Shown one piece after another: positions 28,407 to 39,637 of a stretch of DNA of 64,000 nt. The notes below the pieces were generated by a model, which was not told the DNA's origin, ran no database searches, and was given only the letters and a program-made list of their open reading frames with translations. The translations under genes were made by a program, and so were the position numbers. Within the stretch, counting starts at the first letter, position 1; each line of letters begins with the position of its first letter. The stretch spans positions 35,211-99,210 of the forward strand of contig CAYPXO010000002.1 of NCBI GenBank assembly GCA_964414895.1. Reading direction: 5' to 3'. This DNA comes from an uncultured Pseudomonadales bacterium (lineage in GTDB: Bacteria > Patescibacteriota > Microgenomatia > UBA1400 > CAYNMC01).

Positions 28407-30373
28407 TCCACTTTCATTTTTACCTCTTTATCTGCCATCAAATCAAATTCTTCCTCTTTTCCTCCCGCTTTTATCTTGTAGCGCGAATCCTTTGTTCCTG
28501 GCTGCTTTTGAATCAAAAGTCGATACTCGTCCTCAATTTTTACACTCTCCGGTAACTCATAGCGCAAAACTACCTTGGCTCTGCCGCCACCGCCGCGAAG
28601 AGTAAAAAACCCTTCAAAAAAAGTCTTTCCTAATTCTTCTCCTTGACCAAATTCTTCCTCTGAACCTAAACCTTCAATCAACTTACTCCCCTTGGGTACA
28701 TAGACCCGTAAGTAATCCCTTAAAACTCCATTAAGACAAAGGCCCTCTTTTCTCTCCAAGCTACAATCACTCATTGGTGTTGGATTACTGTAAGTTAGAG
28801 TCAAAGTGCTTAACAAACGACCATCATCTCCAACAGAAACTTCCTTTTCTACCTCTTGTTCAACAAAAAGATTAGACTTTGCTCCCCCAAAATTAGAGTC
28901 GTTAACATGAAGGTAATCGCCATCATAATCTTTAATTCGGCCGGCAGCACCAAAAATCTCGGCCGCTTCTTGAGCCTCCTCATCAAGTAAATAAAAAAGA
29001 ATATGTTTCTGTTTAATATTCTCAATAACTGTTTTAAAAAGATTTGGCCAAACATTTTTTGGAGTTCCCATTGCTTTTAAAATCATCTCCTGCATCATCG
29101 GTCCCAAAACATCTTTGCGGGCTACTTTCACTCCAGGAATAGGAACATCGGCAATATGTTCCAACTCACAAATAATCTGAGGAATATCAAAACACCTTTC
29201 ATCCGGTTCCAAGTTAAACTCACCATAGCCAGGAACATCAATCGGCCCCAAAATCTCTACCAAATCTTTTAAAACTTCTGTATCCATAGCAATTATGCCA
29301 TCCACCTCTGGCTCTCCCTTTATCTTTTGGTAATTAGGTAAAAAAGTTTCCATTGAAAGGCGAAAATCAGGCCAAAAATTCATGTCACGAAGGTAAAAAT
29401 AAGGAACAATGCCCGTGTTTAGATCTGCACTAAGAAGATATTTAGCAATCGGCTCAGGTGGCTCAAGCCGACTATTAAACTTTTTGTCCAGAGAATAAAT
29501 ATCATCACTCTTCTCCGCCCTTATTCTTCCGGATTCTGCTCTTAAAACTCCATATGCTGTCATAAAACCACCGGTCGCCCGCAACTCACCATCATTTTGA
29601 AAAAGAGCTAAATATCTTTTGGTGTCCGGATAGCCCAAAACTGAAGGTAAAACTTCCAAAACTGGCCGAGCGTCCGTTAAGGCCAAAGTAGCATCATGTA
29701 ATAATTCTTTCGCCTCAACAATCTTCTCACGAATAATAATTCCCTTTATTTGACTTGGGTAGCGATTGGGGTTCACTTCATTTAGCTGTTTATCCATCTC
29801 TTCCATTTTCTCCCCAATCTCTTCAAATTTGGGGCTAATTTTAGATAAAGTTTCTACCATTTTGGCTATTCTGTCTTCTGCTGTTCCCCCGGTAAAACTC
29901 CCCTTGCCTTTAAATCCCAAAATATCAGCATAGGGAGTAATTGCCTTTATTAAACTTTGTCCTGCTTCTAAACCAATCTCTCCTGCCTGTAAAAAATGCT
30001 CACCGTCTTTATAATAAACTCCTAAAAGGGGAATATATTTCGACCAAAAAAAACGTTTATAAAGAGATTTTGTTTTTGCCAAACTCTGTTGCGTCTGCAT
30101 TATCTGCTCTTCGGCAGCCGTTAAATCTTGAACTTTTAATAAGTTATAGAGCTCTCTTGCTGTAGCATAAGTTTCCTTACCGCTAAGCAAAAGAGGTTTA
30201 ACTAAAACCATAAAACCAATACTGGCAATCAAGAAAAGCAAAACTAAGCCTAATCCTAAAAAAGCAAAAATTTTGATTATTTTCTTTTTTCTGCCCACTT
30301 TTTTAATCTCCACAGTATCTTCAAGTTTTTCTTCTTTTTGCTGAGCAAAATTTATTCTATTTATTTCTACCAT
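28403..30373 (-). CDS. DUF4012-like membrane-anchored protein
   Basis: YLALFQNDGELRATGGF, RDMNFWPDF, DYLRVYVPKGS, LLIQKQPG. Confidence 0.8.
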   Translation of the reverse strand: MVEINRINFAQQKEEKLEDTVEIKKVGRKKKIIKIFAFLGLGLVLLFLIASIGFMVLVKPLLLSGKETYATARELYNLLKVQDLTAAEEQIMQTQQSLAKTKSLYKRFFWSKYIPLLGVYYKDGEHFLQAGEIGLEAGQSLIKAITPYADILGFKGKGSFTGGTAEDRIAKMVETLSKISPKFEEIGEKMEEMDKQLNEVNPNRYPSQIKGIIIREKIVEAKELLHDATLALTDARPVLEVLPSVLGYPDTKRYLALFQNDGELRATGGFMTAYGVLRAESGRIRAEKSDDIYSLDKKFNSRLEPPEPIAKYLLSADLNTGIVPYFYLRDMNFWPDFRLSMETFLPNYQKIKGEPEVDGIIAMDTEVLKDLVEILGPIDVPGYGEFNLEPDERCFDIPQIICELEHIADVPIPGVKVARKDVLGPMMQEMILKAMGTPKNVWPNLFKTVIENIKQKHILFYLLDEEAQEAAEIFGAAGRIKDYDGDYLHVNDSNFGGAKSNLFVEQEVEKEVSVGDDGRLLSTLTLTYSNPTPMSDCSLERKEGLCLNGVLRDYLRVYVPKGSKLIEGLGSEEEFGQGEELGKTFFEGFFTLRGGGGRAKVVLRYELPESVKIEDEYRLLIQKQPGTKDSRYKIKAGGKEEEFDLMADKEVKMKVE

Positions 30374-30996
30374 TTACTTATCATTGCTCTTGGCGTCTTC
30401 ACGACAATCAGCAAATCCTTCCAAAAATTATAATCTTTAGCATAACTAGCATCCATTCTAACACGTTTAACAAAAGGAATCTCATTCCTTCCTGAGGTCT
30501 GCCAAGGACCGGTAATCCCCGGCTTAACTTTAAGAATCTGGCTGACTAATTTTTTAGTTTTGGGGTGTTTCCTAGTTTGTTCCCTTATTTCTTCTTGCAC
30601 ATAGGCCCGCGGCCCAACAATACTCATTTCTCCTTTTAAAACATTTAAGATTTGAGGAAATTCATCAATGGTTAAATTACGAAGTAAACGACCCAATCTA
30701 GTAATCCGTGGATCTTTTTCTAATTTCCAATCACTATCTTTAAATTTCCTAAAAAGCTTCTTCTTTTTACGAAGGATTTCATCAGCATTGGCTACCATTG
30801 TTCTAAATTTAAACATCGCAAACTCTTTTCCCTTTTTTCCCACTCTCTTATGAGAGTAAAACACCGATCCGGGAGAATCAATAACAATCAAGAAAGGAAT
30901 TATTACCCAAATCGGCAAAAATAAAACCGCCAAAAAAATACTCAAAACAATATCTATTAAACGCTTTATGAAATCGTAACTAAAAAAGGTAATCAT
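30367..30996 (-). CDS. Priming sugar transferase (Bac_transf)
   Basis: KRLIDI, KFRTM, DPRITRLG, DEFPQ, MSIVGPR, KPGITGPWQ. Confidence 0.93.
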   Translation of the reverse strand: MITFFSYDFIKRLIDIVLSIFLAVLFLPIWVIIPFLIVIDSPGSVFYSHKRVGKKGKEFAMFKFRTMVANADEILRKKKKLFRKFKDSDWKLEKDPRITRLGRLLRNLTIDEFPQILNVLKGEMSIVGPRAYVQEEIREQTRKHPKTKKLVSQILKVKPGITGPWQTSGRNEIPFVKRVRMDASYAKDYNFWKDLLIVVKTPRAMISKW

Positions 30997-32098
30997 GTGT
31001 ACTTTTTGTATTTCTTACTTTTCCCGAAAGAATTAACCAATTCTTTTATCGCCGGCATTGCCTCCTGTTGACAGACAAGAATAACATCTTTTGTAACTAC
31101 TATCGCCAAATCTTTAACTCCCACGGCAGCTACCAATTGAGAACTATAATTATATGCCAGGTTATTTTCCGATTTATAAAGGAAACTCTTGCCGAAAACA
31201 ACATTGTCCTTTTCTTCTTTTTGTAAAGCTTCCTTCAAAGCCTGCCAAGTGCCTACATCACTCCAGCCCATATCAACAACAATCACCTTTCCTTTCTCCG
31301 GTTCCAACTTCTCCAAAATAGCTTCATCAAAAGAAATTTTCTTTAAAGTCGGGTAGATTGTCTCTAAAGCTTGAAGATGGCTTTTTTGACCAAAAGAGTC
31401 AGCAAGCTTTGTCAACTTTTTATACATAACTGGCTGAAAACGTTTATATTGCTCAAGTACAAAAGAGGGCTTTACTACCCAATACCCGGGATTCCAATAG
31501 TATTTTTTGCTTTGGAAAAACTTCTCTGCTTTTTCAAGACTCGGGCGGTATTTTATACCTTTAAAAGCAAAAAGAGGTAAGCCTTTCAATTTTGTTTCAC
31601 ATCTTGCTACCTGGATCCATCCTAAATTTTGATTAGCAAAACGGGCTTTTTCCCCTATAAACAAAAATATTTTGGGATTTTTTCTAATAAACTCTTCTCC
31701 CGCCTTCAAAACTTTTTTAAAGGTAGCCAAATTTTTACGAATATGGTCACTCCAAAGAATTACTGTTGGCTCGTCTCCTGCCTTTGTTAAAATAGACATT
31801 AAATAGCCAACCGCTGGCGCCACATCTCTTCTTGCCGGTTCACCAATAACATTTTGAGAAGGAATATTGGGAAGTTGGCGACGAATTATCCCAACATATT
31901 TTTTGTTGGTAGAAATAAAAATATCTTTTGGGGAAAATTCCGGTCTTAGATGTTTAACTGTTAATTGGATTGTAGACTGGCCGTTGATAATCTTTTCAAA
32001 CTGCTTAGGAAAATTAACTCGGCTTACCGGCCACATTCTTGTTCCTACTCCGCCGGCAAAAATTACTGCCTTGGCAGCTTTAGAGATAATTTTGGCTT

Positions 32099-32102
<4 letters not shown>
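30993..32102 (-). CDS. manC: Mannose-1-phosphate guanylyltransferase
   Basis: AGGVGTRMWPVSR..PKQF, EPARRD, SDH, ISFD, GWSDVGTW; ATGA overlap with upstream gene. Confidence 0.88.
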
Positions 32103-33200
<1,098 letters not shown>

Positions 33201-33223
<23 letters not shown>

Positions 33224-34280
33224 AAACTTCCAGTGTTCTCTCGGCACATTTTCTCCAAGAATACTTCTCAGTTTGCTCTTTTCCCAACTTAATTAATTTC
33301 TCTTTTTCTTTCTTGTTCATCTTTAAAAACTTGTTTATTTTTCTGCTAATATTACCAATATCCTTAGGGTCAAAATAAAAAGCTGCTCTTCCATAAATCT
33401 CTCTAAAAACAGGAATGTTCGAACAAACCACCGGACAACCAAGACTCATCGCCTCCAACCCGGGTAAACCAAAACCTTCCATTAAAGAAGGATTGATAAA
33501 ACAAAGGGCATTTTTATAAAGAGAGACTAATTCTTTGTCCGAAGCCGCCCCATAGAATATAATTTTTTCTTCTAAATTACTCTTTTCCACTGTCTTTTTT
33601 AATCTTTCATAAAAATAATCCTCTGGCCCTACAAATAATAATTTTAAATTTTGAATTTCAATTTTGAATTTGTCATTTTTAATTTTGAATTTATTAAATG
33701 CCTCTATCAACCTCTCTAAATTTTTATGCGGATAAGCATTTCCCACATAAAGTAAGTAGCTGGTAGCTGGTAGCTGGTAGCTGGTAGCTGGCTTTCTCTT
33801 CTTGAACTTTGAATCAACTCCTTCATAAATAACAACTATTTTCTCTGGGCTAACTTTCAAACATCTAACAATCTCTTTCTTAGTTGTCTTAGAAACAGCA
33901 ATAATCTTCTCTGCCTTTCTTGCTCCAATAAAAAGAAGCATTTTATAACAAAAATGTTTTATTTTATAAAACAAGCCCGGAAGACTGCTTGCCCTTCCGG
34001 TTTTAAAACGCCAAGGAATCAAATCATGAATAGTAAGAACAAACTTGCCTGGATAAAAAAGAGGAAAAGAAAAATAAGTAAAGTGAACTAAATTAAAATT
34101 TTTTTTTAGCAACCAAAAAGGAAAGCAGACTTGCTCGGCCAAAGAATGCCAGCGAAATTTTGGCTTAATAAGAATATATTCGTTCCTCTTATTAAACCTC
34201 TTTAATTGATTAAAGAGGTTTTTGGCATATCTTCCAACACCGGTTTGATCTATTAAACGACCATCGATTGCAACTTTCAT
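33201..34280 (-). CDS. GT4 glycosyltransferase
   Basis: MKVAID, TIHDL, YVGNAYPHKN, EGFGLPGLEAM; the track's extra N-terminus is REP-derived. Confidence 0.92.
33640..33692. repeat. In-frame degenerate heptamer array (ATTTTGA-type)
   Basis: Encodes KFKIKNDKFKIEIQNLK. Confidence 0.75.
33756..33790. repeat. In-frame heptamer array (GTAGCTG)x5
   Basis: Encodes PATSYQLPATSY. Confidence 0.92.
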
Positions 34281-34289
34281 AAAAATACC

Positions 34290-34338
34290 GGGCGGGTCAC
34301 GACCCGCCCCTACTGTAGGGGCGGCCGGTCGGGGGCCC
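34290..34338. repeat. Two GTAG-tagged REPs arranged tag-to-tag
   Basis: GGGCGGGTCACGACCCGCCC-CTAC T GTAG-GGGCGGCCGGTCGGGGGCCC. Confidence 0.8.
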
Positions 34339-34350
34339 GGCAACAACACG

Positions 34351-35250
34351 TTATTCTCTAAACCTGCTTACCAACCATATTCCTGCAAAAACTAACTTCC
34401 GAACTACCCAAGGATATTTCTCACTGTAATGCTTCTTATAAAAAACTTTCATTGTTTTGTAAAAATTTCGTTTTGTTGACATTCTTATTTCTTCTGTCAA
34501 ATCTTTATTTTTTTTCTTATCGGGTAATTTTTCTCTTCCTGATTTTCTCTTCGAATGAATAATTTTTGTTTTCGGGTAATAAAAGATTCTAAAACCCAAC
34601 TTTTTAATCCGGTAACACCAATCAATGTCTTCTCCATAGATAAAAAATCTCTCATCTAAAAACCCTACTTTATCAATTATTGATTTTCTTATCATGAAAA
34701 AAGCACCACTACAAACATCAATTTGATGAGCTTTATCTAAATCCTTCCAGCCTTGGTGATAACCGGCAAAAAACCTTAAACTAGGGAAAAGCCTCTCTAA
34801 ACCTAAAAAATAACAAAAAGCGTTCCAGGGAGTCGGAAAACCGCGATGAGAAGCAGGGTCAATTTTGCCATTTGGCAACTCCACTCTGCAAGTAGCCCCG
34901 TCGGCTTTTGGATGATCTCCCATAAATTTGATCATTTTGCTCAAAGTTTCAGGAAAAACTTTTGTATCTGAATTAAGTAGTAAAACCAGTTCTCCCTTCA
35001 CTTTTAAAATTCCCTGGTTGTTGGCAGCGGCAAAACCAAAATTTTTCTTATTAACAATCAACTTCACCCATTTAAACTTACTTTTAATCAGCTGTACGGT
35101 TCCATCCTGCGAATGATTATCAACTACTATTGTCTCCACCCGAAAGCCCTCTTTCTCACAAACCTCAACTGCCTTCTTTAAAGAATCTAAAAGATTAATT
35201 AGTAAATCCTTGGTATTAAAACTGACAATGATAATAGAAAGATCAATCAT
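34351..35250 (-). CDS. GT2 glycosyltransferase (WbbL-like)
   Basis: LSIIIVSFN, VVDNHSQDG, GFAAANNQG, LLNSD, YGEDIDWC. Confidence 0.92.
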   Translation of the reverse strand: MIDLSIIIVSFNTKDLLINLLDSLKKAVEVCEKEGFRVETIVVDNHSQDGTVQLIKSKFKWVKLIVNKKNFGFAAANNQGILKVKGELVLLLNSDTKVFPETLSKMIKFMGDHPKADGATCRVELPNGKIDPASHRGFPTPWNAFCYFLGLERLFPSLRFFAGYHQGWKDLDKAHQIDVCSGAFFMIRKSIIDKVGFLDERFFIYGEDIDWCYRIKKLGFRIFYYPKTKIIHSKRKSGREKLPDKKKNKDLTEEIRMSTKRNFYKTMKVFYKKHYSEKYPWVVRKLVFAGIWLVSRFRE

Positions 35251-36431
35251 TTTTCTCCTAACTCCTGATAAATCTTGTCCAAATGGGAAGAAATAATCTC
35301 CCAGTTATACTTCTCTTGAACCAGCTTTTTTGCTTTTTTGGCAATCTTCCTTCCTAACAAAGGAGAAGATAATAACCTCAAAGCTTGCTTGGCTAATCTT
35401 TCAGCACTTTTAGCAATTAAAACTTCTTTTTCATTAACAACATCTATACCCTCAATACCAAGAGGGGTGGTAACAACAGGTAAACCAGTCGCCATTGCTT
35501 CCAAAACTTTATATTTTGTCCCCCGACCATTTCTAATAGGAGCTAACAAAACCGAAGCACCGCCAAAAGCTTCCCTTATATCCTCAAGGCTCTCGTCAAC
35601 TTTAATATCCGGTCCGGAGAGTGACTTTATCTCTTTGGTAGGATTTTTGCCTACAATCCAAAGTTGAGCATGAGATAGTTTTCTCTTAATCAACGGCCAA
35701 ATTTTCCGAGCTAAAAAACAGGCAGCATCTTTATTTGGCAACCATTTAAAGTTACCAACAAAAAGGACAGCTGGTTTACTTGGTTTTTTTACCTTCGTGG
35801 CATTAAAAAAATCGCTATCAACCCCGTTGGCAACAACATCTACTTTCACTCCCTTTAATGTTTTTTCAACAATTTTTTTATCTTCAACGGACATTGTTGC
35901 CAAACGAGCCGCTTTTTTCCAATAATGTTTTTCCCAAAACTGAATTTTCAAAACATCGAGAAAAAGTAAAGGCTTGAGAGGCCAAAATTTAAAATTGTGC
36001 ACAAAATTCTCATAAACCAAAGACTCAATCGTTTGCTCAACCAAAAGAATGGGCAAATTGGTTTCCGGCAAATTAGGCATTACATAAAAAGTTTCTGCAT
36101 GAATAAGGTCGTAATTATTCCTTGCCAGCTCCTTCTTAATAAGGCCCTTTAATGACAAAGAAAGATAGATTGCTACCAAAAACGGGTAAGGAGTAAAACC
36201 AGCCAAAGCGAGGTTTTTCCAACTCCAGGCTCGCCTCCTTTGGATAACTTCAACCTTCTTACAATACCTAAGAAGTTCCTTTATATGTTTTTTCTCCTTC
36301 TCTTCCCTAATAAAGGAAAACAAAGTTATCTCATGCTTTAAGCTTAAATTTTTCAAAAGATTGTAAGTCCGAATTTGCCCACCAGAAAGCAAAGGATAAG
36401 GGAAATAAGGGGTAAGCATTAGAATTTTCAA
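35247..36431 (-). CDS. GT4 glycosyltransferase
   Basis: PYPLLSGGQIR, VANGVD, FVGNF..PNKDA, KVLEAMATG; TTG start. Confidence 0.9.
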   Translation of the reverse strand: MKILMLTPYFPYPLLSGGQIRTYNLLKNLSLKHEITLFSFIREEKEKKHIKELLRYCKKVEVIQRRRAWSWKNLALAGFTPYPFLVAIYLSLSLKGLIKKELARNNYDLIHAETFYVMPNLPETNLPILLVEQTIESLVYENFVHNFKFWPLKPLLFLDVLKIQFWEKHYWKKAARLATMSVEDKKIVEKTLKGVKVDVVANGVDSDFFNATKVKKPSKPAVLFVGNFKWLPNKDAACFLARKIWPLIKRKLSHAQLWIVGKNPTKEIKSLSGPDIKVDESLEDIREAFGGASVLLAPIRNGRGTKYKVLEAMATGLPVVTTPLGIEGIDVVNEKEVLIAKSAERLAKQALRLLSSPLLGRKIAKKAKKLVQEKYNWEIISSHLDKIYQELGEK

Positions 36432-36439
36432 GTCTCGAA

Positions 36440-36480
36440 TGTCAAGTGTTAAGTGTCAAAGTAAGTTCTTTACTGACACT
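36440..36480. repeat. Intergenic heptamer array (TGTCAAG-type)x3 with a nearby inverted copy
   Basis: TGTCAAG TGTTAAG TGTCAAA ... TGACACT. Confidence 0.65.
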
Positions 36481-36504
36481 GCCCCTTGAACAAAAATAAC
36501 AAAG

Positions 36505-37965
36505 TTATCTAAAATCACATCTTCGAAGGTCAACAATTGCAAAACTCTCCTGTTCTTCCAATAATAAGCATTGCTTCTTCAAATCTTTCAGCTCCTGATC
36601 CTTCTTAACCGTTACATAAAAACTTGCTCCTTTTTTTATCCTATCTTCAATATTGCCTCCAATCGGCCAGCCTTTTCTTTCGGTTTGATATAAAAAGGCT
36701 GTGTCTCCTCCATAAGGAGCAATTACCTTATCTTCCTCCTGGCTTAGCTTTTTTACTTGTTGGCCGGCAGCCACTATTTCCGGATGATTAATATTAAAAA
36801 AGTCTCTTACTTGATACCAACCAAAAGACTCCATAAACAAAAAGCAGCCAGCAGCCAGCAGCCAGCAGCCAAGGGAACTGAATATCTTTCGTGCTTCCTT
36901 TAACAAAAATAAAACCCCTCGAGCCAGAAAAATACAAACAACTGGAATGATTAAAATCTGATAATAGTCGTGGCGAACATTGCCAGTAGCTACTACTGCT
37001 AAATAAGCCAAACAGCTCAAAAACCAAAAATGAAAAAGGTAGCTTGACTTCTGGGAAGCTTTTCTTAAAAGACCAAAAGCCAAAAAAATCACCCCCCAAT
37101 AGCCCAAAATTAATTTAGCAAGCCTTTCGGCAAATAACCAATAAAACCAAGCTCCTTTAAAACGAATCTCATCACCGTTTAAAAGCCACATATTGGCGGG
37201 AATTCCTTCAGGGAACTGCTGAATCCAAAGCCGCCAGACAGCAAAAGGCAACAACCCAATAAATAAATAAATAAATAAGCCAATAAATAAATAAAGTTTT
37301 TTCTTAGATTGAAAAAACTTTTTAATAAAAATATATAAAACCGGTGGCAATATCAAAAAAAGAGCAAACGGTTTAAGAAGTAGAGCAATTATAAAAAAAA
37401 TAGAAGAAAGAAAGAAATTGAAAATTGAAAATTGAAAATTGAAAATTGAATTTGTTCCCTTTATAAAAAAATAAACAGAACCTAAACTCGTTGCTATCAT
37501 CATCGGCTCAGGCAAAATCACTCGGTTGTAATAAATGTTGTAAGGCAGAACTGCATAAAAAAAAGCTGTTATTAAAGCAAGAGGCAAACCAGCAATTTCA
37601 CCAACAATTAAAAAAAGGAAAATTATTGTTCCTAACGAAAAGAAAATTGACAATAATCTTCCTCCCGTCTCAAAACTAACAAATGAAAAAAGCTTGAAAA
37701 AAAGGCTGTGTAAAAAGGCAAAGATGGGAAACTCCACCATCCGGTATCCTTGAGGGTTCTCTTGTCCTGAAGCAATAGTGGATAAATCATCATACTTTGG
37801 TTTTAGAAGGTCAATTTCTTGATTGACAAAATTCCTTGCCACTGCCGCCGTATCTGCTTGACGCCAAGAATGCCAATCGGCCAAAGGAGCAGTTATCCTA
37901 TAAGTCCTTAAAATAAAAGCTAAAACCAAAATCAATAAAAGAAAAGCAAATTCTTTTTTAAACAT
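36505..37965 (-). CDS. GT-C (ArnT/PMT-like) membrane glycosyltransferase
   Basis: Polytopic; DWHSWRQADTA, EFP, RVILPEP. Confidence 0.8.
   Translation of the reverse strand: MFKKEFAFLLLILVLAFILRTYRITAPLADWHSWRQADTAAVARNFVNQEIDLLKPKYDDLSTIASGQENPQGYRMVEFPIFAFLHSLFFKLFSFVSFETGGRLLSIFFSLGTIIFLFLIVGEIAGLPLALITAFFYAVLPYNIYYNRVILPEPMMIATSLGSVYFFIKGTNSIFNFQFSIFNFFLSSIFFIIALLLKPFALFLILPPVLYIFIKKFFQSKKKLYLFIGLFIYLFIGLLPFAVWRLWIQQFPEGIPANMWLLNGDEIRFKGAWFYWLFAERLAKLILGYWGVIFLAFGLLRKASQKSSYLFHFWFLSCLAYLAVVATGNVRHDYYQILIIPVVCIFLARGVLFLLKEARKIFSSLGCWLLAAGCFLFMESFGWYQVRDFFNINHPEIVAAGQQVKKLSQEEDKVIAPYGGDTAFLYQTERKGWPIGGNIEDRIKKGASFYVTVKKDQELKDLKKQCLLLEEQESFAIVDLRRCDFR
36843..36870. repeat. In-frame heptamer array (AGCAGCC)x4
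   Basis: Encodes GCWLLAAGC. Confidence 0.92.
37257..37293. repeat. In-frame (AATA)n array
   Basis: Encodes LYLFIGLFIYLFIG. Confidence 0.7.
37415..37449. repeat. In-frame heptamer array (AAATTGA)x5
   Basis: Encodes SIFNFQFSIFNF. Confidence 0.92.
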
Positions 37966-39637
37966 GACTCTTTCTTGCTTTTAATTTTAGGACAACTAAT
38001 AAAACTGCCATCAATCCCCAAAAAGTGAAAGCTACTTTTGAAGCTTCAAAAACATCAATATAGGCAGCATTAACCAAAATTGCTACAATTCCTCCCATCA
38101 TCCCAGCTACCAAAGCGGAAAAAAATCTATCCCTAATTCGCCTAAAAGAAAAATAACTAATCTTCAAAATCAAAGCGATAATAACAAAAAAGCTCATAAA
38201 ACCAAAAAGTCCTGTTTCTCCCAAAGCCCGAAGATAATCATTGTCTGTTGACTCTGCTTCGGTAAAATCACTAACTTTCTCTTTAGTTAAGGTTGAATAG
38301 CCAGAACCAAAGAAAGGATTTTTTAAAAAGCCTCTAATTGCTTTTGGCCAGAGGGAATCAAAACGAATAGCCGAAGATAAGCCAACAGCAAAAGCAGTTG
38401 GTGAATAGTCACGGGGCACTTTGACAACGGCTGTTTCTGTTGCCTCGTCTTGGCCTTTAAATAGATCTTCTCCTTCCTTCGCGCTCGGCGTGCTAACAAC
38501 ATCAGGAATGTCCTCATAAACATCAGGGGGCAATTTTCTTTTCTTTTCACCATCGCCTTCAGTTCCATCTTTAACAACAATCTTTGGCGGTTGATCTGAT
38601 CGAGAATAAACCAAATCTAGATCTCCTTCCAAGACAATATATCTTAAGTCTTTCTCTTCTATCCCAAATATCTTCTCTTTCACCAAATAACCAATCAAAT
38701 AATCATCCCAAAAATCAACTTTTAAAAAATCGGCAAATCTCTCTGAAAGATCGCCGCCCCAAAAAAACATCACCAAAAAACTAAAGCAAACAACTGTCAA
38801 CCAACGTGATAAACCCCAAAAAATCTTTCTTTTTTCAATCTTTAGGGCTAAAAGGCCAATAGAAACAGAAATCCCTATTAGGTAAGCAATAAAAGAAGTC
38901 CGCGAAGCAGTATAAATGAGCAAAAAGAAACTAACAAAAAAAACAACAAAAAAGAAAAATCTCTTCTTTTCGTCTTTTATAAAAATAGCCAAGCTTGCAA
39001 AAAGCGTTAAGAAAAAAGCCAAATAAGCGGCTAAATCATAGTGCCCGGCAAAAGTCGAAGGAATCCGAGCGTGTTCGGTTAAAACCAAGCGCCAGCCTTT
39101 AGAAAACTCTCTATTCATTGTTGAGTAAACCGGCCAACCAAAAAATTTCTGCCCAAAACCGTAAAAAGAAATAAACATAAGAGTAATTCCTAAAAAAACA
39201 ACCAGTCTTTTAATCTGATTTGAGTCTTTAATCGCTGAATAAAGAATAAAAAACAAAGACATATATTCAACTCTTCTCAGAAAGTGCAAAACTAGTTTAC
39301 TTATATGAATTAGCTGAAAGGGGACCGTTTTACTGATTAAAACGGCATAGAATGAAGAAAAAAGACCAACCGCTAAATACACGCCAATCGGCACCAATAA
39401 AGGATTAGGGAAAATTTTTACCTTTTTCCTTAAAACTTGAATTAAGCAAACTAAAAAAACAAAAGCTACTAAAAAATCTTCAATTCTCACTCTAACTATA
39501 TAACCGGGCAGAACATCAAAAAGCGGCCATTTAGGGTAAAGAGGAATAAAAACTAGTAAAAAAGTGGCTAAAACAAACAAAAGATTCTCTTCAAGCCACT
39601 TTGAAAGCCTGCCAATAGATTTTCTTTTTTTCTTCAT
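37958..39637 (-). CDS. O-antigen ligase/polymerase (Wzy_C) family protein
   Basis: Polytopic; RIPSTF, TASRTS, NPFFGSG, DNDYLRALGETG. Confidence 0.8.
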   Translation of the reverse strand: MKKKRKSIGRLSKWLEENLLFVLATFLLVFIPLYPKWPLFDVLPGYIVRVRIEDFLVAFVFLVCLIQVLRKKVKIFPNPLLVPIGVYLAVGLFSSFYAVLISKTVPFQLIHISKLVLHFLRRVEYMSLFFILYSAIKDSNQIKRLVVFLGITLMFISFYGFGQKFFGWPVYSTMNREFSKGWRLVLTEHARIPSTFAGHYDLAAYLAFFLTLFASLAIFIKDEKKRFFFFVVFFVSFFLLIYTASRTSFIAYLIGISVSIGLLALKIEKRKIFWGLSRWLTVVCFSFLVMFFWGGDLSERFADFLKVDFWDDYLIGYLVKEKIFGIEEKDLRYIVLEGDLDLVYSRSDQPPKIVVKDGTEGDGEKKRKLPPDVYEDIPDVVSTPSAKEGEDLFKGQDEATETAVVKVPRDYSPTAFAVGLSSAIRFDSLWPKAIRGFLKNPFFGSGYSTLTKEKVSDFTEAESTDNDYLRALGETGLFGFMSFFVIIALILKISYFSFRRIRDRFFSALVAGMMGGIVAILVNAAYIDVFEASKVAFTFWGLMAVLLVVLKLKARKSHV

